Part shown: positions 9,779 through 18,969 of the stretch, in pieces
How positions within the stretch are numbered: the stretch's first letter is position 1
How the letters are laid out: the number at the start of each line of letters is the position of its first letter
DNA from: Bacillota bacterium
GTDB lineage: Bacteria > Bacillota > Clostridia > Acetivibrionales > DTU013
DNA length: 64,000 nucleotides
Direction of reading: 5' to 3'
Assembly (NCBI GenBank): GCA_023435745.1
Contig: JAEZMD010000018.1
Location: forward strand, 472,265 to 536,264
Notes under the pieces: model-generated
Database searches by the model: none
What the model was told of the DNA's origin: nothing
Seen by the model: the letters and a program-made list of their open reading frames with translations, nothing else
Position numbers and translations under genes: made by a program

Positions 9779-9819
9779 AAAAACACTAGGCATATCAATC
9801 ATATGCTTAGTGTTTTTAT
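9779..9819 (+). terminator. rho-independent terminator after the importer operon
   Basis: aaacactaggcat / atgcttagtgttt stem (one G-U pair), 7-9 nt loop, followed by a T run (tgtttttata). Confidence 0.7.
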
Positions 9820-9849
9820 ATACTAAAATTATTATCTGCTTCCGTTTTA

Positions 9850-9858
9850 TGGTATAAT
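9850..9858 (+). promoter_or_regulatory. extended -10 promoter element (TGgTATAAT) upstream of the sensor operon
   Basis: TGGTATAAT at 9850-9858, about 55 nt upstream of ATG 9912. No good -35 element. Confidence 0.4.
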
Positions 9859-9911
9859 TATTATTGGTGATTACGAACAAGCTCGTCGGCACGGTAGGGA
9901 GGGTGTAAAGA

Positions 9912-10922
9912 ATGAAATGGCTGTATAAAATAACATTAGCCTTTTTGTTTTCTACTGTGGTTACATCTGCGATAATGGCTGCACACTATTTTAGTATGCT
10001 CAATAAAGTCTATGACGAAAACGCTGCAAATGTATTTAGTGAGAATCCCAGATATCATTTTTCATTAATCATAAATTCCAGAGACGATGAGTATTGGCAG
10101 AGCTTTAAGGAAGGCGTATTTGAAGCCGGAAAAGTACATAACGCCGCAATCGAATACAACCCGATATCTGACCCGGACAGCATCGATAAAACTATAGAGT
10201 ATGTAAATATTGCGAACAAATCCAGGGTTGACGGTATCATTGCAAACGGCGAGAATTCACCCGAATATTCGGATGCAATTATAAACGCAGCCAGGTCAGG
10301 TATCTATATTGTTGTAGGACTGGCTGAATCTATAGACAGTGACAGGCTTTCTTATGTAGGAAACAATTTTTATGATTATGGAGTAAAGGCGGCAAAGCTC
10401 ATATCTCAAGCATCGGGCAAAGGTCCTCCGATCAATCTGGCGGTGATCTTAACAGATGAGAGCCGAAGTGAGACCGATAAAGCTTTAATATCGCAAAGTG
10501 ATATTATGCTGAACGGCATCACAAGTGTAATTGAAAGTGAGAAAAAGATAAACCTGCTGTGTACATTATATAAAAACAGCGATCTGCTTGGAGCGGAGGA
10601 TCTGACGAGAAGCATATTGACGCAGCACTCTGATGTCGACGTGATATTCTGCACAAATGCCAAGGATACGGCGGCAGCTGCACGAGTAATTGTAGAACGT
10701 AACCTGGTGGGGGAAGTTGTCATAGTAGGTACGGGTATCACTGATGAGATAAAGTACTATATTAAAAAAGGGATCATATTTGGTGTGATGGACAGGAACG
10801 GATATAATGCGGGATATAAGAGTGTGGAGGTATTGTGCGGAAGTTTCGGGGATTCCTTTCAGTCAAGTTATGTAAACATTGCTACAGATATATATACAAT
10901 TATAAATATCGATCAAAAATAA
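9912..10922 (+). CDS. membrane-anchored periplasmic-binding-protein-fold sugar sensor (XylFII-like)
   Basis: N-terminal TM helix with no lipobox (ITLAFLFSTVVTSAIMAAHYF), then a type-I PBP fold (DGIIANGE..., VDVIFCTNAKDTAAAA..., VIVGTG). It sits directly upstream of a LytS-type kinase. Confidence 0.7.
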   Translation: MKWLYKITLAFLFSTVVTSAIMAAHYFSMLNKVYDENAANVFSENPRYHFSLIINSRDDEYWQSFKEGVFEAGKVHNAAIEYNPISDPDSIDKTIEYVNIANKSRVDGIIANGENSPEYSDAIINAARSGIYIVVGLAESIDSDRLSYVGNNFYDYGVKAAKLISQASGKGPPINLAVILTDESRSETDKALISQSDIMLNGITSVIESEKKINLLCTLYKNSDLLGAEDLTRSILTQHSDVDVIFCTNAKDTAAAARVIVERNLVGEVVIVGTGITDEIKYYIKKGIIFGVMDRNGYNAGYKSVEVLCGSFGDSFQSSYVNIATDIYTIINIDQK

Positions 10923-10940
10923 CACAAAGGTAATCAAGCT

Positions 10941-12503
10941 ATGAAAAAAATATGGGATAGAATGTTCAATAGCATAAAGTCCAGGATTATTGCAATATTT
11001 GTCCTTACCATGATTTTAACCAGCGCTTCAGGCATATTTATCCTGGGATTATCAAGCAACATAATCGAAAAAATGGATGATATGTTTGCTGTCAATGTCG
11101 AAAATGAAAAATTTCTCAGCGATTTGTATAACGTAAATACCAATCTTACTAATTATCTTGTTACCTCCGATTCAGATAGTTTGATCAACTATTACAGATA
11201 CAAGGATATTTTCACTGAAAAGGCGCAGAGCATGTTTTACGAATTGCATGGGATATACAGCCAGAATGATTTGATTTACAAGGATATCGCATACATGGTC
11301 GATTCGTATTTCAATGAAACGGAAGCGGCCGTAGAGGCTAAAAGAACGGTTAACGCAGATGAATATATTGCCAGGTATGCCGAGGCAAACCGGATAGCGG
11401 GCTATATCCGAACATATACTGACCGACTGAACCTGAACATTTTAAAAACTAATACCACTCAATATCTTGGAATGTCGGAGAATCTGAACAAGCTGCGGAC
11501 AACGAATCTGATTCTTATAATATCTGTAATACTGCTCAATGTGCTTGTGATTTCCTACCTGACCTATAATATGACGAAACCGATAATAAAGCTCGCACAT
11601 TCTGCTGAGGAAATGTCCAAGGGCAATTTCAACGCCGACGATGTCGAAGTATATTCACAGGATGAGCTTAGTATAATGGCAAACGCATTTAACGCGATGA
11701 AGCACAGCATAAGGAATTACATCAGTGAGCTGCACAGTAAGGCTGACACGGAATCACAGCTTTTTGAGCAGCAGATAGAAAATTTAAGGATACAGTCGCT
11801 GCTTGCGGATGCAGAAATGAAGGCGCTGCAAATGCAGATAAACCCACATTTTCTTTTCAATACGCTCAATGCGGGCGTCCAGCTTGCAATGATCGAAGGG
11901 GCTGACAGGACATCGACCTTTCTTGACAATATGGCGATGATATTCAGATACAACGTTAAGAGCCTGGATAGAAAGGTCAGGCTCAAAGACGAGATAGATA
12001 CTATAAGGGCATACGAAGACCTGTTTTTCGTACGCTTTGGCGACATTATGAAATTCGAATATGACATTGACCAAAGCTTGCTCGATATTTATGTTCCGCC
12101 GCTGATTATCCAGCCTCTTGTTGAGAATGCTACGATTCATGGTATAGGGAACATGGAGAGAGGCGGGGTGATTAATATCTCGATTGATAAAAATGATACC
12201 GTTGTTAGAATAGGCGTGCAGGACAACGGAGCAGGGATGAGCGAGGGAACAAGACAAAAGGTATTAGACTGTCAAAGTTTTGAAAACGATATATCCGGTA
12301 ATATGACAGGGATTGGAATATACAACGTTGTGCAGAGGCTGAAGCTGTTTTTCAAATGTGAAGATGTGATAGAAGTGAAGAGCACTCCGGGCAGGGGTAC
12401 AAAAGTGACTTTAAAGATACCTTACAATCCAAAGCCGGAACAGGTGAACGATCTGATATTGTTGGATGAACAACAAAAAGAAGGATGTGATTGTTGTGTA
12501 TAG
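10941..12503 (+). CDS. LytS/YesM-type sensor histidine kinase (2 TM, extracellular domain, HAMP, His_kinase PF06580-type, HATPase)
   Basis: HAMP (TKPIIKLAHSAEEMSKGNF), the characteristic LQMQINPHFLFNTLN H-region, and an ATPase domain (PLVENATIHG...DNGAGM...TGIGIYNV). Confidence 0.9.
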   Translation: MKKIWDRMFNSIKSRIIAIFVLTMILTSASGIFILGLSSNIIEKMDDMFAVNVENEKFLSDLYNVNTNLTNYLVTSDSDSLINYYRYKDIFTEKAQSMFYELHGIYSQNDLIYKDIAYMVDSYFNETEAAVEAKRTVNADEYIARYAEANRIAGYIRTYTDRLNLNILKTNTTQYLGMSENLNKLRTTNLILIISVILLNVLVISYLTYNMTKPIIKLAHSAEEMSKGNFNADDVEVYSQDELSIMANAFNAMKHSIRNYISELHSKADTESQLFEQQIENLRIQSLLADAEMKALQMQINPHFLFNTLNAGVQLAMIEGADRTSTFLDNMAMIFRYNVKSLDRKVRLKDEIDTIRAYEDLFFVRFGDIMKFEYDIDQSLLDIYVPPLIIQPLVENATIHGIGNMERGGVINISIDKNDTVVRIGVQDNGAGMSEGTRQKVLDCQSFENDISGNMTGIGIYNVVQRLKLFFKCEDVIEVKSTPGRGTKVTLKIPYNPKPEQVNDLILLDEQQKEGCDCCV

Positions 12504-14103
12504 CCTTATGGTATGTGATGATGAACAGATAATGATCGAATCAGTACAGCATATAGTGGAAAAAGAATTCAGCAACGTAAAGATTATCGAGACAGCAAGA
12601 TCGGGAAGAGAAGCGATAGAAAAAACGTTGACAATAAAACCGGATATCATACTCACAGATATCAAGATGCCGGGTATAAACGGCCTTGATGCAATTAAAG
12701 AAATAAAAAAAGTCCATAGCGATGTAAAGATAGTTATAGTATCAGTCTATGAATTTTTCGAATATGCTAAACAGGCTGTAGAGCTGGGAGTCAGTGAATA
12801 TCTGATAAAACCTGTGAAAAAGGAAAGGCTGATAGATACTTTGCAGAGGATAACAGGCCAGTTGGATACTGAAAGGCAAAAATACAGATGGGAGCTCGAG
12901 GCGAAAGAGAGGATTGAAAAGATGCTCTCTGCCGTTGAACACAGCTTCATTTATTCATTACTTTTTGCTCAGGTACAGAAAACTGACATCATCAAGTACA
13001 AAAAGGAATTTTTTGATATAGAAAATAATACTGGCTTTATTTTCGTGCTGACTTTCAACAAAAGAGGTAAAATCAGCAATTGCGAAGCGCAATTGGGAGA
13101 AAGCCTTGATAATCAGGAAATTTATACCCTCCTAAAGAATAATTTCAAACACAGGTGCAAGTGCATAGTGGGCCCGGTAATGCTGGACAGGGTAGTTGTT
13201 TATGTTGCACAAAGCATTGATGATCTGTATCAGCAGAGAGTGCAGTCAATTACCTGCATAGAAGATATTATGCGCATATTGGAGGATAAATTCAACATTG
13301 AATTTAAGGCCGGAATAGGCAGAATCTGCAATGACCAGGATATAATGATATCCTATCAGGAAGCGTTAAAAGCGCTAAATAGTAATGAAGGCGGCAGGAT
13401 AGTGCACATAGATGATATAGCTCCCAATGTTTACAATGTGGGATATGAAATCGCGACTCAGGAGCATAAATTGATAATCGGCCTCGAAAATGGCGATGTG
13501 CAGAGATGCATGACGATTTTGTCCGATATCTTCCGGAAATATCCTAATTTCTTTGAACAGGAGAATATTCATTACAGAATTATCGAAATGATGGCGGCGG
13601 TTAGGCGGGTCGCGACGGAGAATGGGATTAACGATAATATCGAGCCTGGAAACTACATAAAAAAGATTCTATGCTGCAGGTCCAGTGAAGAGCTCGAGCA
13701 GATATGTACAGAGGAGATAAGGCATATTGCCTGTGAAATAAGCGCCAGGAAGAAATGTAATATAGGGAGGATAGTTGAAGAGACTAATATGCTGATAAAT
13801 GAAAGGTTTAACCAGGATTTAAATCTGGAAGACATTTCCAGGAAGCTGCATATCAGCCCCCAATATTTAAGCCGGCTGTATAAAAATGAAACGGGTGAGA
13901 ATTTTATTGATAGATTAACTTCAGTCCGGATTCAAAATGCGAAAAGACTGATGAAAGAAAGTAAATATTCTATTAAAGAAGTCTGTTATATGTCAGGATA
14001 CTGTGATCCCAATTATTTTAGCAAATTGTTTAAAAAGCGCGAGGGGATATCTCCGACAGATTACCAAAACAAATCCTCTAAAACAATAATAGAGGATGTT
14101 TAG
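12496..14103 (+). CDS. YesN-type response regulator with C-terminal AraC/XylS HTH
   Basis: Receiver domain (SLMVCDDE...ILTDIKMPGINGLD) plus an AraC HTH (ISPQYLSRLYK...GYCDPNYFSKLFKK). The start is uncertain: I prefer GTG 12496 (VYSLMVCDDE), 9-10 nt after AAGAAGGA and overlapping the kinase stop. Alternatives are ATG 12508 or the ORF-track ATG 12466. Confidence 0.85.
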   Translation: MYSLMVCDDEQIMIESVQHIVEKEFSNVKIIETARSGREAIEKTLTIKPDIILTDIKMPGINGLDAIKEIKKVHSDVKIVIVSVYEFFEYAKQAVELGVSEYLIKPVKKERLIDTLQRITGQLDTERQKYRWELEAKERIEKMLSAVEHSFIYSLLFAQVQKTDIIKYKKEFFDIENNTGFIFVLTFNKRGKISNCEAQLGESLDNQEIYTLLKNNFKHRCKCIVGPVMLDRVVVYVAQSIDDLYQQRVQSITCIEDIMRILEDKFNIEFKAGIGRICNDQDIMISYQEALKALNSNEGGRIVHIDDIAPNVYNVGYEIATQEHKLIIGLENGDVQRCMTILSDIFRKYPNFFEQENIHYRIIEMMAAVRRVATENGINDNIEPGNYIKKILCCRSSEELEQICTEEIRHIACEISARKKCNIGRIVEETNMLINERFNQDLNLEDISRKLHISPQYLSRLYKNETGENFIDRLTSVRIQNAKRLMKESKYSIKEVCYMSGYCDPNYFSKLFKKREGISPTDYQNKSSKTIIEDV

Positions 14104-14140
14104 CGCCAATGGCGCAGATTTCAAAGAAGTGAGGCTTGTT

Positions 14141-15163
14141 ATGAAGAAGGTATGTGTACTATCGCTGGCTGTGCTTTTAATATTCTTATACGGCTGCAGG
14201 CCGGACAAGACCTCCGGCCAAGAAGATGATGCGCTGAAAATAGGGTTTATCTATGAAACCATGACGTTGGAAAGGTGGCAGCGGGATAGAGACATATTTG
14301 TGGCAAAGGCCGAGAACCTGGGGGCAGAGGTTATTGTGAAGGATGCGTATGAGGATAGCGATCGGCAAAGAGAGATCGGCATTGAAATGATCAATCAGGG
14401 TGCAGATGTGCTTGTGATTGTCGCTTTCGATAAAGACAGTCTTAAAGATCTTGTTAAGTACGCGCACGGCAATAATGTAAAGGTCATTGCATATGACCGC
14501 ATGATAAGGGATATCGACGTTGACTTTTACATATCCTTTGATAACGCGGAGGTTGGTCGTTTAATGGGCAAATCCGCTACAGACAAAGTGCCTGAAGGGA
14601 ATTACCTGATTTTGAACGGTTCGCAAAGAGACAACAATTCTTTTATGCTAAACGATGGATATTACAGCGTACTCAAGCCGTTTATTGACAAAGGCGATAT
14701 AAATGTTGCAGGCGAGACCTGGATAGATGCCTGGCGTGACGAAGGCTCTTATGATTATGTAAGTAAGATTCTGAACAATGGACAGAAGATTGATGCTATC
14801 ATTGCGGCGAATGATCAACTCGCAAAGGGTGCGATAACGGCCTTAAGCGAAAACAGGCTTGCAGGGAAGGTGTTTGTTACAGGGCAGGACGCTGAGCTGG
14901 GCGCCTGCCAGAGAATAGTTGAAGGGACGCAGGGCTCTACGGTTTACAAGCCTATCAATATTCTCGCGGAGGGAGCGGCTGAGACTGCGGTAAAAATGGC
15001 AAGGGGCGAAGACATCGATCCCTATGAAGAAATGTCAAACGGGACATATAATGTCCCTTGTAAGATTTTCCAGCCGCTGCTTGTTACAAAAGATAACATT
15101 AATGATACGGTAATAAAGGATGGCTTTTTCACAGCCGAACAGGTATATACAAACGTACCGTAG
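14141..15163 (+). CDS. xylF: D-xylose-binding-protein (XylF) homologue, lipoprotein, with no cognate permease or ATPase adjacent
   Basis: Collinear similarity to E. coli XylF as I recall it (LERWQ.DRDIFV.KAE.LGA, VLVI, VKV.AYDRMI.D.D.DFYISFDN..VG, GNY....GS..DNN, VLKP..D.G.I.V.G..W.D.W, IDA..A.ND..A.GAI.ALS...L.GKV...GQDA.L......I..GTQ..TVYKPI, TVIKDGF). Lipobox IFLYGC. Start at ATG 14141 after GAAGTGAGG. Confidence 0.8.
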   Translation: MKKVCVLSLAVLLIFLYGCRPDKTSGQEDDALKIGFIYETMTLERWQRDRDIFVAKAENLGAEVIVKDAYEDSDRQREIGIEMINQGADVLVIVAFDKDSLKDLVKYAHGNNVKVIAYDRMIRDIDVDFYISFDNAEVGRLMGKSATDKVPEGNYLILNGSQRDNNSFMLNDGYYSVLKPFIDKGDINVAGETWIDAWRDEGSYDYVSKILNNGQKIDAIIAANDQLAKGAITALSENRLAGKVFVTGQDAELGACQRIVEGTQGSTVYKPINILAEGAAETAVKMARGEDIDPYEEMSNGTYNVPCKIFQPLLVTKDNINDTVIKDGFFTAEQVYTNVP

Positions 15164-15256
15164 GACTATTGCATTACATTCAAATTTATTGCAGAATAGA
15201 ATACAGATTACTTAAATCATTGTAGTTCACGATTTGAATGTTCAGGAGGATAAATA

Positions 15257-15976
15257 ATGCAGCTTGAGTTTATAACAGGTTTTGGGATACTACTTGCCTA
15301 TTTCATAGTCTGCGCGGCAAGTGCGCTCGCCTTGCGTCGGCTTGTCGCATTTCCTTCGGAGGTCTTCCGCAAGACACTACACATTATTCTTATAGGGTCA
15401 ATATTCGTATTTACATATGCGTTCAGGACATGGTGGGTATCGGCAATTGCAGCGGCAGCATTTGCAGCGGTGGTATTCCCGATACTCATGCTTGCAGAGC
15501 GAATACCCGGTTATTCCAAATTGCTGACAGAGCGCAAGAAGGGAGAAATAAAGAACAGTCTGGTCGTGGTGTTCGGCATGTTTACAGTTTTGATTTGCGT
15601 TTGCTGGGGCTGGTTCGGAGAGAAGTATCTGGTAATCGCATCGGTGCTTGCGTGGGGCTTGGGTGACGCGGCGGCGGCATTGGTCGGGAAACGCTTCGGA
15701 CAGCACTACATAGAAGGAAAACTGGTTGAAGGGCGTAAGAGCCTTGAGGGAACTATTTCAATGTTTGTCGTCTCGTTTATCACGGTGATTGCTGTCTTGC
15801 TTGTAAGCGGCTCAGTTGTGAGGTATAGCAGCATCCCGATTGCTTTTGTGACTGCGGCGGTATGTTCAGTCGTTGAGCTTTATACGAGGGGCGGAATGGA
15901 TACGCTTACCTGCCCGCTTGCGGCGGCGGCAGTCTTAATTCCTATGGTTTATGTGTGTGGGGGTGTAACACTGTGA
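15257..15976 (+). CDS. CdsA-related polyprenol/diacylglycerol (CTP-dependent) kinase-like membrane protein
   Basis: Polytopic protein with the WGLGDAAAALVGKRFG...KSLEG motif typical of the dolichol-kinase/phytol-kinase/CdsA superfamily. RBS AGGAGG. Confidence 0.55.
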   Translation: MQLEFITGFGILLAYFIVCAASALALRRLVAFPSEVFRKTLHIILIGSIFVFTYAFRTWWVSAIAAAAFAAVVFPILMLAERIPGYSKLLTERKKGEIKNSLVVVFGMFTVLICVCWGWFGEKYLVIASVLAWGLGDAAAALVGKRFGQHYIEGKLVEGRKSLEGTISMFVVSFITVIAVLLVSGSVVRYSSIPIAFVTAAVCSVVELYTRGGMDTLTCPLAAAAVLIPMVYVCGGVTL

Positions 15977-15978
15977 AA

Positions 15979-16596
15979 ATGAAATCAGGTGAGCGTACAC
16001 TCCTCGCTTCTGTATTGCTGAGTTCGCCCGGTCCCATAGTCGTAGGCGCAGGGCTTTTTCTTGGACGTTCATCTACGCAGCTCGCTGATTTCATTCGCAG
16101 AACGGTGGAATTGGCTGCGATTATAATTTCATGGATTGTGTTCCGCATTTTGCATAAAGGCGGAGAGCCGAGTGCTGAGCGTAAGGAAAAGCTGGAGCAT
16201 ACCGCTAATTTCTGTGTCGGGATAGCAATGTGCCTCTCCGGCGCGGCTATGCTGTTCGTTTTGCTGTTTTCACCTGTTACTGAAAAAGGGAATGTTATAC
16301 CGGGACTTGTAATAGCGGTGCTGGGAGTAACGACAAACTCGTGGTTCTGGCTGCGATACAGCAAACTCAACCGTGAAAATCCGGATGCAATACTAGCTGC
16401 ACAAAGCAAGCTCTACCGTGCAAAGTCGCTTGTGGATGCCTGTGTAACAATCGCTCTGACAGTTGTTGCTGTTGACAGCGTTGCTCCTGCGGCGAGGTAT
16501 GTAGATATCATTGGTTCGGTTATAGTTTCGTTTTATCTCATTTTAAATGGTATTATTATAATACGGGGCAAAAGGAGTGACTTTGTTTCAGAATGA
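15979..16596 (+). CDS. cation-diffusion-facilitator-like membrane protein (TM domain only)
   Basis: Six predicted TM helices with weak CDF-like motifs (STQLADFIRRTVE in TM2, KSLVDACVT in TM5). No cytoplasmic C-terminal domain. The start is 2 nt after the upstream stop. The function call is tentative. Confidence 0.4.
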   Translation: MKSGERTLLASVLLSSPGPIVVGAGLFLGRSSTQLADFIRRTVELAAIIISWIVFRILHKGGEPSAERKEKLEHTANFCVGIAMCLSGAAMLFVLLFSPVTEKGNVIPGLVIAVLGVTTNSWFWLRYSKLNRENPDAILAAQSKLYRAKSLVDACVTIALTVVAVDSVAPAARYVDIIGSVIVSFYLILNGIIIIRGKRSDFVSE

Positions 16597-16602
16597 CTCT
16601 TT

Positions 16603-18285
16603 TTACCTGATTTCTACAGCCAGCATTGTTACGTCATCATTCAGCTTTTCACCGGCGGAAAAATCATGAAGCTCCTTTGAGACCATGGCTGTAAGTTCAC
16701 TCAGAGGCTTATTGCCATGCCCCTTGAGAAACTGTTTCAGCCGATCCGGTGAATACAGCGCGTTCTGCTTATTTCGCGCTTCTACAAGGCCGTCAGTGTA
16801 CAGATATAGCCTGTCTCCGCGTTCCACAGGTATTTTGAATTCCTTGTACGCGGCCTTATATACTTCTTTGAGCCTGCAGATGGGGAAGCCGCTGATATTG
16901 ATTTCATTGACCTGGCCATCGGCATGAATCAAAACGGGTGTCTCATTCAACCCTGCCGAACTGTAAATAAGCTCTTTCTCACGTATATTGTAAATCAAAT
17001 AAATCAAAACAATATAAACGTCATCTTTGAAATTTGATTGGTTAAAAGCATCATAAACCTTCTGCAGTACGCATGACGGTGATGATATGGTGCCTTTATG
17101 TCTGTCAGCCTCCACGATACTGTCAACACATTGCTTCAAGAATACTGTAAGCATCGCTGCCGGCACACCATGGCCTGAAACATCACAGAGGTAGAAACCG
17201 ATATTGCTTTCATCAAGCTTAAAAACATCATAAAAATCACCGCTTAGCCTCTCCGCCGAAAGATATACAGAGCTGAAGCCTATATCCGGAGTATCGGGCA
17301 GGTATACCGGAAGCATTGATTTTTGTATTTCTCTGGCATACTCAAGGTCTTCCATAAGTCTTTTATTTATGATCTTCAGCTGCCTGGTGCGTTGCTCCAC
17401 AATCCTGTCCAGATTGTCAGCATAATCTCTAAGCGTTTTTTGAGCATTAGACAAAGCAATATAAGGCGTCTTTATGTGTTTTGAGAAAATCGCCCGGAAG
17501 ATCACAAACATCGACACAACTTTTAAAATATGACCCGCATAATTATATATTCCATAGACATCAATATATATTGTAAACGTAAACTCGCTCAATACACTGA
17601 CCAGCAAAGCGCAGAACATTACAAGATACATTTTATCCCGGTTCTTAACAGATTTATATAGATATCCGGCGGAGGCAATGATCAGCATCAGCATTATGAA
17701 GTATTCCAACAGCTTCTTTACCGTTGTCAGGCCGGTCCCTTCAATATACATGACGGGCAGATATGACGGGAACCAGGTGGCGATTATAAAGACGAGAATA
17801 GCTGTCAGAAATGCGGCTGCAGTAAAATATCCCTTTTTAACTGAACACTTTCTATCATTAGATAAAAGACTGACGGTAAGAAAGCCGGCCCCGGATATCA
17901 GCCTGGCCGTAATCCAGAAGGTAGTAGCTCTGTTTGCTGCTGCGTTTTCAATGAAGAATGCGGGCATTCCCTTATAGCTTAACATGTGGAACGCGTCAAG
18001 GATACCCGCAGCGAGCATCATATTACCCAGTAGAATAGCCCGCAGGCTTCTCGTCTGGTCATATGTATAAAAGGAAATAAGGAAAATAGCCATGCCCGCA
18101 ATAATTGCGCTTAGCTCGAATAAATTATGCCATGTCAGATAGGTGGCAACACTCATAATTTTGCTGAAGGGCTCCTCAAATACAGGTGTAAGCGCAAGAA
18201 ATAAAATAGATAAGACGGGCATAATGATCGTGGGTAAAATATGCTTATTTGATTTTATAAAAAGGTTGAAATTTTTTTTTGTCAT
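16603..18285 (-). CDS. membrane-bound PP2C (SpoIIE-type) serine phosphatase with a multi-TM N-terminal sensor domain
   Basis: About 270 aa of 8-9 hydrophobic helices, then a coiled-coil linker (DNLDRIVEQRTRQLKIINKRLMEDLEYAREIQ) and a PPM/SpoIIE domain (SGDFYDVF...CDVSGHGVPAA...LYTDGLVEA...DDVTMLAVE). Confidence 0.85.
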   Translation of the reverse strand: MTKKNFNLFIKSNKHILPTIIMPVLSILFLALTPVFEEPFSKIMSVATYLTWHNLFELSAIIAGMAIFLISFYTYDQTRSLRAILLGNMMLAAGILDAFHMLSYKGMPAFFIENAAANRATTFWITARLISGAGFLTVSLLSNDRKCSVKKGYFTAAAFLTAILVFIIATWFPSYLPVMYIEGTGLTTVKKLLEYFIMLMLIIASAGYLYKSVKNRDKMYLVMFCALLVSVLSEFTFTIYIDVYGIYNYAGHILKVVSMFVIFRAIFSKHIKTPYIALSNAQKTLRDYADNLDRIVEQRTRQLKIINKRLMEDLEYAREIQKSMLPVYLPDTPDIGFSSVYLSAERLSGDFYDVFKLDESNIGFYLCDVSGHGVPAAMLTVFLKQCVDSIVEADRHKGTISSPSCVLQKVYDAFNQSNFKDDVYIVLIYLIYNIREKELIYSSAGLNETPVLIHADGQVNEINISGFPICRLKEVYKAAYKEFKIPVERGDRLYLYTDGLVEARNKQNALYSPDRLKQFLKGHGNKPLSELTAMVSKELHDFSAGEKLNDDVTMLAVEIR

Positions 18286-18462
18286 TTCAATTCCTTTAAA
18301 GCGCTTATTTTTTATAATTTTACCATAGCTGCCGGCTCAATACAATGAAGGAGAAAAGAGCATGAATGAAAAAAAGCAATTGAGTGGAACTTTTTTTATA
18401 AATTTCCGTCAACAGATTTATTGATTTAATGTAGAGATATTAGAAAAGATGGAGGGCTTTTT

Positions 18463-18969
18463 GTGAGATCAAGAATTCCTGCGGCTTTAGTATGTGTTTG
18501 TTCTGTTTTTGCACTTTTCCCGGCGGCGTCCTATGCGAATTCATCCTGGCATTGGGTAACGACCAGCCCCATGACGGTATTCCCGTTTGCGGTGATCCTT
18601 ACGCTTTTGATTGAGACATTCGCAATGGTTAAATACGGCAAGGTATCAAATACGAAAAAATCCATCCTGGTAGTTGGCCTGGCAAATCTGCTCTCTTTCC
18701 TGGCGCCATACCTGGAACGTGCTTATCGATTCATACCCACAAGCGGAGGGTTTTCCATATTTGCCGCATTTAATAAAGGACCATATTATATGGTTCTATC
18801 GGGTTTTTTACTGCTAACGGTTGTGATTGAGTTTCCGCTGGTATATTTTTTACTAAAGGACCACACAACGAGTAAAAAAAGCCTGTTTGTATCTGTCCTG
18901 CTTTCAAATATTGCAACCACTGTGATCGTTGCGGGTCTGGAACGTCTTATCTGCATCGGCAGGTGGTAG
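18463..18969 (+). CDS. hypothetical membrane protein with signal peptide
   Basis: GTG start after GGAGGG, signal-like N-terminus (ALFPAASYANS), four hydrophobic segments. I recognise no family. Confidence 0.55.
   Translation: MRSRIPAALVCVCSVFALFPAASYANSSWHWVTTSPMTVFPFAVILTLLIETFAMVKYGKVSNTKKSILVVGLANLLSFLAPYLERAYRFIPTSGGFSIFAAFNKGPYYMVLSGFLLLTVVIEFPLVYFLLKDHTTSKKSLFVSVLLSNIATTVIVAGLERLICIGRW

Noticed and set aside
18362-18424. 20-codon micro-ORF (MNEKKQLSGTFFINFRQQIY) with GAAGGAG RBS upstream of the 18463 membrane-protein gene, considered as a leader peptide
   Set aside because: The RBS spacing is good. However, there is no associated attenuator structure and conservation cannot be assessed, so the evidence is too weak to call.
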